Assembly: GCA_039815375.1 (NCBI GenBank)
Contig: JBCBZJ010000002.1
Coordinates: 96,001 to 160,000 of the forward strand
Length of the DNA: 64,000 nt
From: Verrucomicrobiota bacterium
GTDB taxonomy: Bacteria; Verrucomicrobiota; Verrucomicrobiia; Opitutales; Coraliomargaritaceae
Direction: 5' to 3'
The position numbers were made by a program, and so were the translations under genes. Shown here piece after piece: positions 12,800 through 23,395 of this stretch. The notes beneath the pieces are model-generated. The model ran no database searches and was not told where the DNA came from. It worked only from the letters and a program-made list of their open reading frames with translations. How positions within the stretch are numbered: the first letter of the stretch is position 1; every line of letters begins with the position of its first letter.

Positions 12800-13243
12800 A
12801 TGAAAACGATAGAAATGTCAGAAGCCGTCTTTGCCGCCAAAGCTGCAAAGGGATGCACATGGGGCGAAATCAGCGAAGCTGTTGGGCTTTCCGACGTGTT
12901 TATTAGTTCGGTTGCACTTGGGCAGAACAGCCTAATTCCGGAAGACGCAGCAAAGCTCGCCTCTTTCCTGGGCTTGTCGCCGGAGGTCGAAAAGGAACTG
13001 ACCATTTGTCCAATGAAGGCAATGGATACCGATTTGGTTTCCAAGGACCCGCTAATCTATCGCTTTTACGAAATTGCTTATGTTTATGGTGGAGCAATTA
13101 AAGAAGTCATTCACGAAAAGTTCGGTGACGGGATCATGAGTGCGATCGACTTCACTTGTGATGTCGACAAGCAAGAGGACCCAAAAGGAGATCGTGTGGT
13201 TGTGACGATGAATGGGAAGTTTCTACCTTATAAAAAGTGGTAG
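12800..13243 (+). CDS. cynS: Cyanate hydratase (cyanase)
   Basis: DPLIYRFYEI, IHEKFGDGIMSAIDF and GKFLPYKKW signature motifs. Confidence 0.97.
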   Translation: MKTIEMSEAVFAAKAAKGCTWGEISEAVGLSDVFISSVALGQNSLIPEDAAKLASFLGLSPEVEKELTICPMKAMDTDLVSKDPLIYRFYEIAYVYGGAIKEVIHEKFGDGIMSAIDFTCDVDKQEDPKGDRVVVTMNGKFLPYKKW

Positions 13244-13306
13244 CTTAATCAGGCTTTAGGCCTTTTTTCAAACCCAGTGAATCTCACGCCTCAAAAGTAA
13301 AAAACA

Positions 13307-13537
13307 ATGAATTCTTCAATCGCCTTTATTCAAAATTTCAATTTCGCAGAAATTGCTATTGTCCTCTTTGTGATCGTCCTTCTTTTCGGTGCGAAAAGAC
13401 TTCCTGAGCTCTTCGGATCCATCGGTAAATCAATAACGGAGTTCAAACGTGGTATGCACGAAACAGTTTCTGAAGTTGAAACCGAACTAGAGCAGGAGTC
13501 TAAGACTGCCTATAAAAAACAGACAAAGTCAGCATGA
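13307..13537 (+). CDS. tatA: Twin-arginine translocase TatA/TatE subunit
   Basis: [33 protein letters not shown]. Confidence 0.92.
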   Translation: MNSSIAFIQNFNFAEIAIVLFVIVLLFGAKRLPELFGSIGKSITEFKRGMHETVSEVETELEQESKTAYKKQTKSA

Positions 13538-14016
13538 GTCTAACAATAGAAAAACCTCGGCCTCCACTACCACCTTTTAGCAAGGAGGAAGCGAAGCAAA
13601 AAGTTCGTATGGCTGAAGATGCCTGGAATGGTAAAGACCCTAAAAAAGTAGCCCTAGCGTATACCGCTGATTCTGTTTGGCGAAATCGCTCCGAGTTTTT
13701 GGAGGGCCGTCAGGAGATCGAAGCTTTCCTTGAAAAAAAGTGGAGCAAAGAAAATGATTACCGCTTAATCAAGGAGCTTTGGGCTTTCGAAGGGAATCGG
13801 ATTGCGGTTCGTTTTGCTTATGAGTGGCATGACGAAGACGGGAATTGGTATCGCTCTTATGGGAATGAAAATTGGGAATTTAGTTCAAGCGGTCACATGC
13901 AGCGCCGAATTGCTAGTATAAACGATCTTCCCATTGATGAAGTGGATCGCTTATTCCATTGGCCACAAGGTCGTCGCCCTGATGATCATCCGGGATTGAG
14001 CGAATTAGGCTTGTGA
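13534..14016 (+). CDS. DUF1348 / NTF2-like protein
   Basis: [48 protein letters not shown]. Confidence 0.9.
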   Translation: MSLTIEKPRPPLPPFSKEEAKQKVRMAEDAWNGKDPKKVALAYTADSVWRNRSEFLEGRQEIEAFLEKKWSKENDYRLIKELWAFEGNRIAVRFAYEWHDEDGNWYRSYGNENWEFSSSGHMQRRIASINDLPIDEVDRLFHWPQGRRPDDHPGLSELGL

Positions 14017-14955
14017 GGCAGCGTTGAGCTCAACGAGCTTTGCCATGATTGCTTTTTGGGCGTGGAGGCGATTTTCGGCTTCGTCGAAGATGATGCTCTG
14101 AGCGCTATCGAGGACTTCCTGCGAGACTTCCTCTCCGGCGTGCGCTGGGAGGCAGTGCATGAAGTGAGCGTCAGGGCCGGCGAGGGCCATAAGTTCCTGG
14201 GTCACCTGATAGGGTGCCATCTCAGCTTTGCGTTGAGCTGCTTCGGTTTCGTCGCCCATGGAGACCCAGACATCGGTGTAGAGAATGTCCGCGTCCTGTG
14301 CTGCACTGTTGGCATCGGTTGTGAAGCTGTAGTTGACCGGTAAGCCTTCGGCTTTGAGTGCATCGATAACGACTTGCTCCGGCGCAAAACTCTCCGGTCC
14401 GGCGAGGCTGATTTCCATGCCGAACATGGCGGCACTGATAATCCAGGAATTGGCCATGTTGCTCGCGCAGTCGCCAAAAAAGGCGACCTTCTTGCCCTTC
14501 AGGGTGTTAATGTCGACTGCGTCGGGCGAGTAGCGCTCGAGAACGGTGAAAATATCTGCATAAAGCTGGCAGGGGTGGTTGAAGTCGGTCAGCCCGTTGA
14601 TGATCGGCATGGTCGAATTGGCCGCAAACTCTTCGATGATTTCATGGCCGAAGGTCCGGATGACAAGACCGTGGAGATACCGAGACATCACCTGCGCGGT
14701 GTCGGCAATCGTCTCCCCTCGTCCGATTTGAGTATTCTGCGAATTGAGCACAACAGGAAAGCCACCTAGCTCATTGACGCCCACTTCAAATGATATCCGG
14801 GTCCGTGTACTGCTCTTATAGAAGAGCAGGCCCCATGATTGCATGTTCAAAGGTTGCGGGCCGTTAAGCCGGTTTTCTTTCAAGCGCTTGGCTAGAGAGA
14901 AAACGTCTTGGGCTTGTTCGGGTGTGAAGTCGGTAACTTTAAGGAAATGTTTCAT
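14005..14955 (-). CDS. argF: Ornithine carbamoyltransferase
   Basis: [33 protein letters not shown]. Confidence 0.97.
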   Translation of the reverse strand: MKHFLKVTDFTPEQAQDVFSLAKRLKENRLNGPQPLNMQSWGLLFYKSSTRTRISFEVGVNELGGFPVVLNSQNTQIGRGETIADTAQVMSRYLHGLVIRTFGHEIIEEFAANSTMPIINGLTDFNHPCQLYADIFTVLERYSPDAVDINTLKGKKVAFFGDCASNMANSWIISAAMFGMEISLAGPESFAPEQVVIDALKAEGLPVNYSFTTDANSAAQDADILYTDVWVSMGDETEAAQRKAEMAPYQVTQELMALAGPDAHFMHCLPAHAGEEVSQEVLDSAQSIIFDEAENRLHAQKAIMAKLVELNAASQA

Positions 14956-14965
14956 GGATCGAAAA

Positions 14966-16150
14966 TTAGGAATCTAGTTCGGCGAATACTTCGTCGAGAA
15001 TACCAACGGCTTCGCTGAGTTGTTTGGGAGTTGCGGTGAGCGCTGGCAGGAGACGGATGGTGTTATGGCCTGCCGGGACGATTAATAGTCCTTTTTCACG
15101 TGTGGCGGCAGTGACTTCCATTGCATTCACATGAAGAGGCAGGCCGACCATGTAGCCGGCACCTCGTATGCCTGCAATGTGCTTGGAATATTTGTCGGCA
15201 AGTGCTTCGAGTTCCTTGTGCCAAGAAGCGGAATTCGCCTTCACTTTATTGAGAAGGTCTTCCTCTTCAATGATATCAAGGACAGCATTAGCGGCCGCGC
15301 TGGCGAGTGGGTTACCGCCGAATGTGGTGCCGTGGGAGCCGGGTTGGAAGAGCTCGCCGTAAGGGTCCCCGATCCAGATCGCTCCAATCGGAAAGCCTGC
15401 ACCGAGGCCTTTGGCCATGCCGATTGCGTCCGGTTGCACGCCGCTCGATTCAAAAGCAAAGAAATGTCCGCTCCGTCCGATGCCACACTGCACTTCGTCA
15501 AGCATGAGCAGTGCGCCCCGCTCGGTGCAGAGTGCCCGCAGTTCTTGGAGGAAGCCGGGCTCTGCCGGAAAGATACCACCTTCACCCTGTATTGATTCGA
15601 TGAATACAGCTGCGACGGAGTCGTCGACGAGCTTTTCAAAACTCTCAATATCGTTGAGCTTGCCGAATTTGAAACCTTCAAGCATCGGCCGGAAGCCGCC
15701 CTGGATCTTTTCCTGAGGTGTAGCGCCCATGCCGCCGAAGGTCCGACCGTGAAACGCGTTCTCTGCTGCGACGACGGTGAAACGCTTGCCCTCTTCGCCT
15801 GCTACTTTCCTGCCATGTAGGCGAGCAAGCTTAAGCAGCGCTTCGTTTGCCTCTGCCCCGCTGTTGCAGAAGAGGATTCGCCCGGGGCCGGCTTTATAAA
15901 CGAGCCTGTCAGCCAGTTTTTGCTGGCCCGGGATACCGTAAAGATTGCTGCAGTGGACGAGCTTAGAAGCTTGTTGCTGAACGGCTTCAACCCATTTTGG
16001 ATGAGAATGCCCAACCGAGGTAACGGCGATGCCGGAGCCGAAATCGAGATATCTCTTATCGTCCTCGTCGTAGAGATACAGTCCCTTTCCCCGCACTGCG
16101 TTAAAGGGTGGAGCACCATAGTTTTTTGCAAGACTTGGGTAGTGTTCCAT
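14966..16150 (-). CDS. argD: Acetylornithine aminotransferase
   Basis: NSGAEANE, FHGRT, DEVQCGIGRSG, AKGLGAG, HGTTFGGNPLA; likely start at MEHYPS (16150). Confidence 0.95.
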   Translation of the reverse strand: MEHYPSLAKNYGAPPFNAVRGKGLYLYDEDDKRYLDFGSGIAVTSVGHSHPKWVEAVQQQASKLVHCSNLYGIPGQQKLADRLVYKAGPGRILFCNSGAEANEALLKLARLHGRKVAGEEGKRFTVVAAENAFHGRTFGGMGATPQEKIQGGFRPMLEGFKFGKLNDIESFEKLVDDSVAAVFIESIQGEGGIFPAEPGFLQELRALCTERGALLMLDEVQCGIGRSGHFFAFESSGVQPDAIGMAKGLGAGFPIGAIWIGDPYGELFQPGSHGTTFGGNPLASAAANAVLDIIEEEDLLNKVKANSASWHKELEALADKYSKHIAGIRGAGYMVGLPLHVNAMEVTAATREKGLLIVPAGHNTIRLLPALTATPKQLSEAVGILDEVFAELDS

Positions 16151-16154
16151 CGCT

Positions 16155-17045
16155 CTATGCGTTGACGATTTCGGTGCCGACACCTTTGTCTGTGAAAATT
16201 TCTAGAAGCAGGCTGTGCGGCTGCTCGCCGTCGATAAAGTGCACCCGGTGAACTCCGTTTTTCAGGGCATCGACTGCACTATCTGTTTTTGGAATCATGC
16301 CTTTGCTGATGGTTCCGTCTTTTACGAGAGGTTCGACCTCATTGATCTTGAGGGTAGAGAAGAGTGATTCAGGATCATTGATATCCCGCATGAGCCCCGG
16401 CACATCACAGAGGTAAACCAGCCGTCTGGCACGAAGCGCCGCGGCGACCCGGCCAGCAGCAGAATCGGCGTTGGTGTTGTAAACCTGGCCATCCTCATCT
16501 AGTGCGATGGGCGAGATGACGGGGATGTATCCATCGTTGAGCGCCTTCTTGATAATTTTGGCCTTAACTGTGTGCGTTTCGCCGACAAAGCCGACATCGA
16601 TGGACTCACCTTCGATTGCGACTTCCTTTTTGTCACATACGAGAATGCTGTTCCCGTGGATGCCGAGTGGCCGTGCGTTCTTGGCCTGTAGGATTTCGCA
16701 GATATCCAGGTTCACGACTTTATTGAGGGTGTGTTCGACAATCTTGACGGAAGCTTCGTCGGTAACGCGTAGACCGTGTTCAAACCGTGTTTCAACCTTG
16801 GCTTCAGCAAGTGCCCGGGTGATGGCTTTTCCGCCACCGTGCACGACGACCACCTTGATGCCTACGGCGGAAAGGAAAGCGATGTCTGTTGCGACCCGTG
16901 TCCGCACTTCCGGATCGGCATCGTCCATAAACGCTCCACCGTATTTGACCACGAAGATAGCATCTCTGAACCGCTGAACATAGGGCAGCGCTTCAAGTAG
17001 GACGGCTGACTTGGTGGTGACGTCAAGTTGTGAAAGGTCGGTCAT
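16155..17045 (-). CDS. argB: Acetylglutamate kinase
   Basis: VVKYGG, VVHGGGKAI, GLRVTD, NTNADSAA, GMIPK. Confidence 0.97.
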   Translation of the reverse strand: MTDLSQLDVTTKSAVLLEALPYVQRFRDAIFVVKYGGAFMDDADPEVRTRVATDIAFLSAVGIKVVVVHGGGKAITRALAEAKVETRFEHGLRVTDEASVKIVEHTLNKVVNLDICEILQAKNARPLGIHGNSILVCDKKEVAIEGESIDVGFVGETHTVKAKIIKKALNDGYIPVISPIALDEDGQVYNTNADSAAGRVAAALRARRLVYLCDVPGLMRDINDPESLFSTLKINEVEPLVKDGTISKGMIPKTDSAVDALKNGVHRVHFIDGEQPHSLLLEIFTDKGVGTEIVNA

Positions 17046-17052
17046 TGGGAGC

Positions 17053-18291
17053 TTATTCGGACTTATTGAAATCTACGTAGGCCTCGCTCAGGTCAGAAGT
17101 GAGGAGCCGGAAATCAGAGTTGCCCTGATTGAGATTGATCGTGATTCGAAACCGGTTCCGCGAGACGATATCTTTCCACTGCTGCAGGTTGGCATCCTGT
17201 GGCACCCCCTTGTTGAGTGCGGGCACTTCGTTGTAGTGAATATCGAGAAGCTCCTCCTTTAGTCCTACCCGTGCGTAACCCGCAGCATCGGCGAGCCGAC
17301 CCCAATTCGGATCGGATCCATACCAGGAGGTTTTGACGAGGAGTGAGTTGCCTACAGCCCTGGCGACTTTCTCGGCATCGCCAGCCCGGGGGCAGCCTTT
17401 GACGATAAGTTCAACGAGTTTAGTGACCTTTTCTCCGTCTCCGACAATTTTTTCTGCAAGTGCATCGCAGACTAGAAGAACGGCTTCCTTGAAGGCAAAG
17501 AGTAGGTCTGCCGGTCCGTTCCATGGGTCGATGCCGGACTTGCCATTGGCAAAAAGGAGCACGGTGTCGTTCGTGCTCATGTCGCCATCAATGGAAATAC
17601 AATTGAAGGTTTTGTTACAGGCTACGGTGAGCGCATTTTTAAGTTGAACGCAGTTGGCCACAGCGTCGGTCGTGAGAAAGGCTAGCATAGTTGCCATATT
17701 GGGCTCGATCATGCCGGCGCCTTTGGCGATGCCAGAGACGGTAACAGTCTTGCCTTCGAACTCGAACTGCGCGGTTGCGACTTTCCGTCTTGTGTCGGAG
17801 GTTAAGATAGCGTCGGCAGTATTGAGCGAAGATTGCGCATCCTCGCTGAGAGCTTTAGCTGCAGTTTCGATGCCGTATTCAATCCGCTCCATTGGAAGTT
17901 TCCGCCCGATCCGACCTGTGGAGCAGATGAGGAATGGTGAGCCAATGCCGGAGCTTAGCTGGGCAATGGAGCCCATTTCCTTGGCGTCTGCCATGCCTTT
18001 AGTGCCTGTGGCTGCATTGGCATTGCCACTGTTCGCGACAAAACCGGCAACCTTGTTGCCACTCTTGGACAAAATCTGTTTGCAGAGCTGAACAGGTGCA
18101 GCGCAGACATCATTCAGCGTGAACACACCAGCAGCGGAGCAGGGCTTTTCCGCCACAACCATAGCGAGATCGAGTCGTTCCTTGTCGTCGAGCTCCCGTA
18201 CATCGCATGCCACGCCTGCGGTCTTGAAGCCTGGGCAGTCTGCGATGCCGTTGGATTTTTCAAGGAGTGTAACTGGAATCGGACTACTCAT
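17053..18291 (-). CDS. argJ: Bifunctional ornithine acetyltransferase / N-acetylglutamate synthase
   Basis: NSGNANAATG, KGAGMIEPNMATML, DGDMSTNDT, DPNWGR. Confidence 0.97.
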   Translation of the reverse strand: MSSPIPVTLLEKSNGIADCPGFKTAGVACDVRELDDKERLDLAMVVAEKPCSAAGVFTLNDVCAAPVQLCKQILSKSGNKVAGFVANSGNANAATGTKGMADAKEMGSIAQLSSGIGSPFLICSTGRIGRKLPMERIEYGIETAAKALSEDAQSSLNTADAILTSDTRRKVATAQFEFEGKTVTVSGIAKGAGMIEPNMATMLAFLTTDAVANCVQLKNALTVACNKTFNCISIDGDMSTNDTVLLFANGKSGIDPWNGPADLLFAFKEAVLLVCDALAEKIVGDGEKVTKLVELIVKGCPRAGDAEKVARAVGNSLLVKTSWYGSDPNWGRLADAAGYARVGLKEELLDIHYNEVPALNKGVPQDANLQQWKDIVSRNRFRITINLNQGNSDFRLLTSDLSEAYVDFNKSE

Positions 18292-18298
18292 CAGGTTT

Positions 18299-19321
18299 TT
18301 ACAAAAGGCCCGCAGTTTCTTCGAAGCCGAACTTCAGGTTCATGATTTGAACTGCTTGTCCGCTCGCACCTTTGACTAGATTGTCGATCACAGAAGTGAT
18401 GACGAAGTTTTCAGTCCGCGAATCATAGACGGCAGAGATGTCGGCCCGGTTGGTTCCACTGACGTGCTTCGTGTCCGGGAAGGTGCCACTTGGAAGCAGG
18501 CTGACGAATGGTTTGTCGGCGTAGAATTTATTCCAAGTGGTGTAGAGTTGTTCGATGCCGGTCTTCGCTTTGGCAACAATTGTCGTTGAGATGCCCCGAT
18601 TGATTGGGGCAAGGTGCGGATTGAATTGCACGATGCAGTCTGCGAATGCGGCTTTCTCCAAATTCTCCTCAATCTCCGAAAGATGCCTGTGCTTAGGCAG
18701 GCCGTAAGCCTTCATGCTTTCGTTTCGTTCACAGTAGATGAAGTCCTCGGCGACTTTTCTACCAGCGCCGCTGACGCTGCTATAACTGTTGATAACAATA
18801 CCTTTTGGCTGAATGAGGCCAGCCTTGAGTAGTGGAACCAGCGGGAGTTGTATGCTGGTCGGATAGCAACCCGGGCAGGCGATGATGGAAGCGGATTTCC
18901 ACGAATCATCAGCCAACTCCGGAATGACGTAAGGCGCCGCTTCGAGAAGATGAGGAGCTGGATGCTCCGAACCATAATATTCTCTATAGAGCCTAGTTGA
19001 GCTGAGCCGGAAGTCTGCGCTCAGGTCGATAACAGTTTTGCCTGCTTGGTAGAGTGGGTTGGCAAACTCAGAGGCGACTCCATGCGGAAGCGCAAGGAAG
19101 AAGATATCGATCTCTTTATTGGCTGCGAGCTCTAATGGATCGGACGGGGTGAAAGTAAGCTCACCAACTTTGTGCCGAAGCGCAGGCATGGCATCGGCCA
19201 ACTTTTTTCCGGCGAGCGCGCGCGAGGTGACTGCCGCAAGTGTAACGTCCGGGTGCGTCGAAAGTATCCGGACGAGTTCTTCGCCGGAGTAGCCGGAGGC
19301 GCCTATAATTGCTGCATTCAT
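18299..19321 (-). CDS. argC: N-acetyl-gamma-glutamyl-phosphate reductase
   Basis: GASGYSG, DLSADFRL, ACPGCYPT, DNLVKGASGQAVQ. Confidence 0.97.
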   Translation of the reverse strand: MNAAIIGASGYSGEELVRILSTHPDVTLAAVTSRALAGKKLADAMPALRHKVGELTFTPSDPLELAANKEIDIFFLALPHGVASEFANPLYQAGKTVIDLSADFRLSSTRLYREYYGSEHPAPHLLEAAPYVIPELADDSWKSASIIACPGCYPTSIQLPLVPLLKAGLIQPKGIVINSYSSVSGAGRKVAEDFIYCERNESMKAYGLPKHRHLSEIEENLEKAAFADCIVQFNPHLAPINRGISTTIVAKAKTGIEQLYTTWNKFYADKPFVSLLPSGTFPDTKHVSGTNRADISAVYDSRTENFVITSVIDNLVKGASGQAVQIMNLKFGFEETAGLL

Positions 19322-19431
19322 GGGAAGAAGTTAGAAACTAGAAGTTGGAAGAGGAATAGTCTGTTCTCCGAAATCGTTGGTCGGGTCAGTTTGAATTTCG
19401 ATAGCGATTTTTAATTAGGATTGGAGGAAAT

Positions 19432-19471
19432 AAAAAACCCCCCAAAGCACGGTGCACGGCCTTGGAGGGTT
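19432..19471 (-). terminator. Intrinsic terminator after rplM-rpsI
   Basis: Imperfect GC stem (AACCCCCCAAAG...CTTGGAGGGTT) followed by a U-run on the minus strand. Confidence 0.7.
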
Positions 19472-19500
19472 GCAAAAAGATGCGACCGTGCGGGTAAAGC

Positions 19501-19893
<393 letters not shown>

Positions 19894-19919
19894 TATATAA
19901 AGTTTAATTTCTGCTACTT

Positions 19920-20345
19920 TTAGACGAGTGGCCTGGGTTGTTGTGCTTCGTGCGGATGTTCGGAACCGGAGTAGACCTTCAGCTTTTTGATCATTTGGCG
20001 ACCAAGCTTGTTCCGGGGGAGCATTCCCTTGACGGCATGCTCAATGATGAATTCAGGCTTCTTCTCGCGCATTTCCTTAAGGCTGACGTAGCTATCGCCC
20101 CCCATCCAGCCGGAGTAGAACATGTAGCTCTTTTCAGTGTTCTTTTTGCCGGAAAGTTTGATCTTCCCGGCGTTGATGACCACGACAAAGTCTCCAGTGT
20201 CTGTGTGCGGTGTGTAGGTCGGCTTGTGGCGGCCACGCAGAACGTTGGCGATTTTGACAGCAACGCGACCGAGTGTTTCTTCGGCTGCGTCGACCACATA
20301 CCATGATTTGGTGTGGTCTGTAGAGGTGGCTAAAGTGGTCTTCAT
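19920..20345 (-). CDS. rplM: 50S ribosomal protein L13
   Basis: WYVVDA, LRGRHKPTYTPH.DTGDFVVVINA, AVKGMLP; start at MKTT (20345). Confidence 0.98.
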   Translation of the reverse strand: MKTTLATSTDHTKSWYVVDAAEETLGRVAVKIANVLRGRHKPTYTPHTDTGDFVVVINAGKIKLSGKKNTEKSYMFYSGWMGGDSYVSLKEMREKKPEFIIEHAVKGMLPRNKLGRQMIKKLKVYSGSEHPHEAQQPRPLV

Positions 20346-20500
20346 GATTTTTGGAAAAGCGCGCCAGAGTAGATTCGGGCCTATTACTGTCAATGGGAAT
20401 TTTGGCTAAAATACTTGGAATCCCGCTTTTTTATTGCAAAGGTGTTGGCCTTGGTCATCTTCCACCGTTTTTCAATTTAACCCTTAGCGGAGAAAACACT

Positions 20501-20707
20501 TTGAGAGACGATTATTTACAGGAAGCGCAGAAGGTTATCACCGATCCGATGATCCTGATCAACGTTGTGTCACGTCGTGCCAAGCAATTGAAGGGCGGCT
20601 ACAAGCCTCTTGTCGAGTCTCTTGAACGCCTCTCAGCTGAAGATATGGCGCTTCGTGAGATCATGGAAGGTAAAATTACTTACCAACTTGACGAGCAAGA
20701 AGCCTAA
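20501..20707 (+). CDS. rpoZ: RNA polymerase omega subunit
   Basis: LINVVSRRAKQL..GYKPLV...ALREI.EGK; TTG start at 20501 preceded by GGAGA. Confidence 0.85.
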   Translation: MRDDYLQEAQKVITDPMILINVVSRRAKQLKGGYKPLVESLERLSAEDMALREIMEGKITYQLDEQEA

Positions 20708-20763
20708 GGCTTCAACAAATTAGCATGCCTTCCGCGCTCCTCAAACAGAGGGAGTAACCAGCC

Positions 20764-21237
20764 GTGTGCGCGAAGAAAAAATCTGGGGAGCATCAGCGTG
20801 AGATTCGCAATGCCAAGGCCCACCACAATTATTTTGTGGGCGACCGCTTTGAGGCGGGTCTTGTGCTGCAAGGCACTGAGGTGAAAGCGATTCGCGAAGG
20901 GAACGCACAGATTAGTGAGTCCTTTTGCCGGATCGAGAAAAGTCAGGTCTGGCTCTACAATTCACATATTGGTGAGTATTCATTCGGCAATTTTCAGAAC
21001 CATCCACCTCGCCGCAAACGTAAGCTGCTGCTCCATCGTCGTGAAATCAATAAACTGATCGGCGCGGTTGAAGCTGGCGGGAAATCACTTATCCCGCTGC
21101 GTGTTTATATGAAGCATGGCCTGATCAAGGTCGAGATTGCATTATGCACCGGCAAAAAGCTTCATGATAAGCGAGAAACATTAAAAAAGAAGGTCACGAT
21201 GCGCGAAGCGGAACGTGAAATGCGTCGCTACCGATAG
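20764..21237 (+). CDS. smpB: SsrA-binding protein
   Basis: NAKAHHNY, EAGLVLQGTEVKAIR, RKLLLHRREI, GKKLHDKRE. Confidence 0.97.
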   Translation: MCAKKKSGEHQREIRNAKAHHNYFVGDRFEAGLVLQGTEVKAIREGNAQISESFCRIEKSQVWLYNSHIGEYSFGNFQNHPPRRKRKLLLHRREINKLIGAVEAGGKSLIPLRVYMKHGLIKVEIALCTGKKLHDKRETLKKKVTMREAEREMRRYR

Positions 21238-21248
21238 TTGTTTTTATC

Positions 21249-22157
21249 ATGACTCAGAAGTCTGTTATTATTCAGTCTCCGGCCAGCACTTCGAATTGTG
21301 GTCCCGGTTTTGACACCCTTAGTATTGCGCTCTCGCTCTATAATTTTGTGCGGATTGCCCCGAGGCGAGACGAATCCGTCCTTGCCATATCGGATGTGAA
21401 TGAAGGCACACAAACCATGGTTGAGGAAGCGGCGTATAGCTTCGCACAAGCGGCTGGTGTCGAAACTGGTGGTTTTGATTATGAGATTTGGGGTGACATA
21501 CCGATTGCGCGTGGGCTTGGTTCCAGTTCCACTATTCGCGCGGGGATTATTGCCGGCCTGAACCATCTCTCCGGTAGTCCGCTGGATTCTGAGGCAATGA
21601 TTCGGCTGACGAGTAAGCTCGACAATGCGCCCGATAACGCCTGTGCGGCGTTTGCGGGAGGTTTTTGTATCGCCCGGACGGAGCCAGCGACCTTTGCCTA
21701 TCGGGAGCACGTGCGCTTTGAGCTTCCTGATTCACTTGTCTTTGTGGCGGTATCGCCTGATTATGAAGTGCTCACGGAGACCTCGCGCCGAGTGCTCCCG
21801 GACACTATCCCATTTAACGATGTGGCCCGTAGTGCCAACAGCTTGGCTTATCTGGTCGGTATACTGGTCTCAGGAGACTTTGCCCGATTGGAAGGGGCCG
21901 TGAATGACTTTATCCACGAGCCGTATCGAGAATTGCTCAATCCTTTTGGTAGCGAGAGCATACAAGCCGGTTGTTATTCGGGTGCTTACACTGGTTGGCT
22001 GAGCGGTAGTGGCTCGACTACTATTTGTGTGTCCGATCGCTCGAATGCTTCAGCTGTCGCCGATGCCATGCAGCAGGTATACAACAGTAACGGGACAAGT
22101 AGCCGTGCCTACCGTTTAGTTGCTGATAACTGCGGCCTGACCATAAACGAAAGCTAG
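21249..22157 (+). CDS. thrB: Homoserine kinase
   Basis: PASTSNCGPGFD, IPIARGLGSS GHMP motif, APDN, LSGSGST. Confidence 0.92.
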   Translation: MTQKSVIIQSPASTSNCGPGFDTLSIALSLYNFVRIAPRRDESVLAISDVNEGTQTMVEEAAYSFAQAAGVETGGFDYEIWGDIPIARGLGSSSTIRAGIIAGLNHLSGSPLDSEAMIRLTSKLDNAPDNACAAFAGGFCIARTEPATFAYREHVRFELPDSLVFVAVSPDYEVLTETSRRVLPDTIPFNDVARSANSLAYLVGILVSGDFARLEGAVNDFIHEPYRELLNPFGSESIQAGCYSGAYTGWLSGSGSTTICVSDRSNASAVADAMQQVYNSNGTSSRAYRLVADNCGLTINES

Positions 22158-22211
22158 TTCTCTTTTCCGACGACGGTTGACCTATCGTATCATTCTTTTT
22201 GATTGTTATTC

Positions 22212-22640
22212 GTGAACGACCCGCAGAGAGATTTTAATGAAGTAATCCGAACAATTCGGAAAGACGATTCGCGCTATGCTCGAGGAGCCTATTATTTTCT
22301 TCGGCAAGCGCTTGATTACAGCTTAAAGGAGCTGCACAAGCGTGGCGAGCTAGACAAGTCCAACCATCTCAGTGGTCAGCAATTACTTGAGGGTATACGC
22401 TTGTATGCAATTGATCAATATGGGCCGATGGCACGCACGGTTCTGGAAAACTGGGGCATCAAGAACTGTCGCGACTTTGGTAATATCGTTTTTAACCTCG
22501 TGGAGTGTCGAGTGCTGGGAAAGACCGAGCAGGATAGTCCGGAAGACTTTAGCAGAGGCTACAGTTTCAGTGCCGCATTCGATAAGCCGTTTCGGCCAGA
22601 AAAATTAAAGCCAACGACCAAGCGTCCGCCTCTGCGCTAA
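22212..22640 (+). CDS. Conserved PVC-superphylum protein (Minf_1886-like)
   Basis: DSRY..GAY.F.RQAL, HLSGQQLLEG.R, YGPMA..VL..WGI...DFGNIVFNLV. Confidence 0.75.
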   Translation: MNDPQRDFNEVIRTIRKDDSRYARGAYYFLRQALDYSLKELHKRGELDKSNHLSGQQLLEGIRLYAIDQYGPMARTVLENWGIKNCRDFGNIVFNLVECRVLGKTEQDSPEDFSRGYSFSAAFDKPFRPEKLKPTTKRPPLR

Positions 22641-22656
22641 TTATTAAAAGAGCTTC

Positions 22657-23241
22657 TCAGTTCGCAGAGTCTTCTTCGCGCTGTTCGATTCGTGCTTCGC
22701 GCTCCGTCAACAGCATGGATTTTTCAACCAGCTCGTTCTCGCATTGCTCGATGTAGGTTTCGCGCTCCTGCAGCATTTTTCTCGCTTCAAACAGAGTGGC
22801 TTCCTGAGCCTCGAGTTCCGCTCGCAAGGCTTCTAGTGCAGTCATCTCCCCGTCCATATCGACTTCGGACGTCTCTTCTTTAGCCGGGTTTTTCGACTCG
22901 AATATCTTTTGATGCGCATCCAGCAGGGCTTCTTTTTCGTTTAACTCAAGTGCGCGATTTTCGAGATACTTTTCTCTTTCTGAGAGTAATTCTTCCCGGT
23001 TGACTACATCAGCCTGAAGTTCCAGCAGGTGTGCCTCCATTTCCTGCTGCTTACCTGATTTTGATTTCACAGTAACCAATTCTTCCTGATTGCTGGGAAG
23101 TGTTTTGACCGCTGCGCTTTCGCGTCGTGTTGCCGCCGCAATAGCTGTCTTCAAGCTGAGCTTACGCGGCTCCTTGCGAATCGGTGGCGGTGGAGAAAAC
23201 TTGGATTCGGTAGCCATATTAGATGGTTTAATGTCAATCAT
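22657..23241 (-). CDS. Hypothetical coiled-coil protein
   Basis: E/R/L-rich heptad pattern; ORF fills the gap between two genes. Confidence 0.65.
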   Translation of the reverse strand: MIDIKPSNMATESKFSPPPPIRKEPRKLSLKTAIAAATRRESAAVKTLPSNQEELVTVKSKSGKQQEMEAHLLELQADVVNREELLSEREKYLENRALELNEKEALLDAHQKIFESKNPAKEETSEVDMDGEMTALEALRAELEAQEATLFEARKMLQERETYIEQCENELVEKSMLLTEREARIEQREEDSAN

Positions 23242-23395
23242 AAGATCTCAATCTTGACAACCTTTGAGTGTTCTATCGTTCCTTTGATCAATGACTTAAA
23301 CGGTTCTGTAAGATAATCAAAGAGATTTTCCCGAATTAGTTTGAGAGTTTGGCAACATTCGCCTTTCGCTTCTGTTTACTTTCATTGGTCCAATC

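Noticed and set aside
13251..13268. Terminator after cynS
   Set aside because: The stem is only 4 bp; too weak to call despite the U-run.
20708..20763. tmRNA adjacent to smpB
   Set aside because: The flanking spacers are far too short and have no tRNA-like ends.
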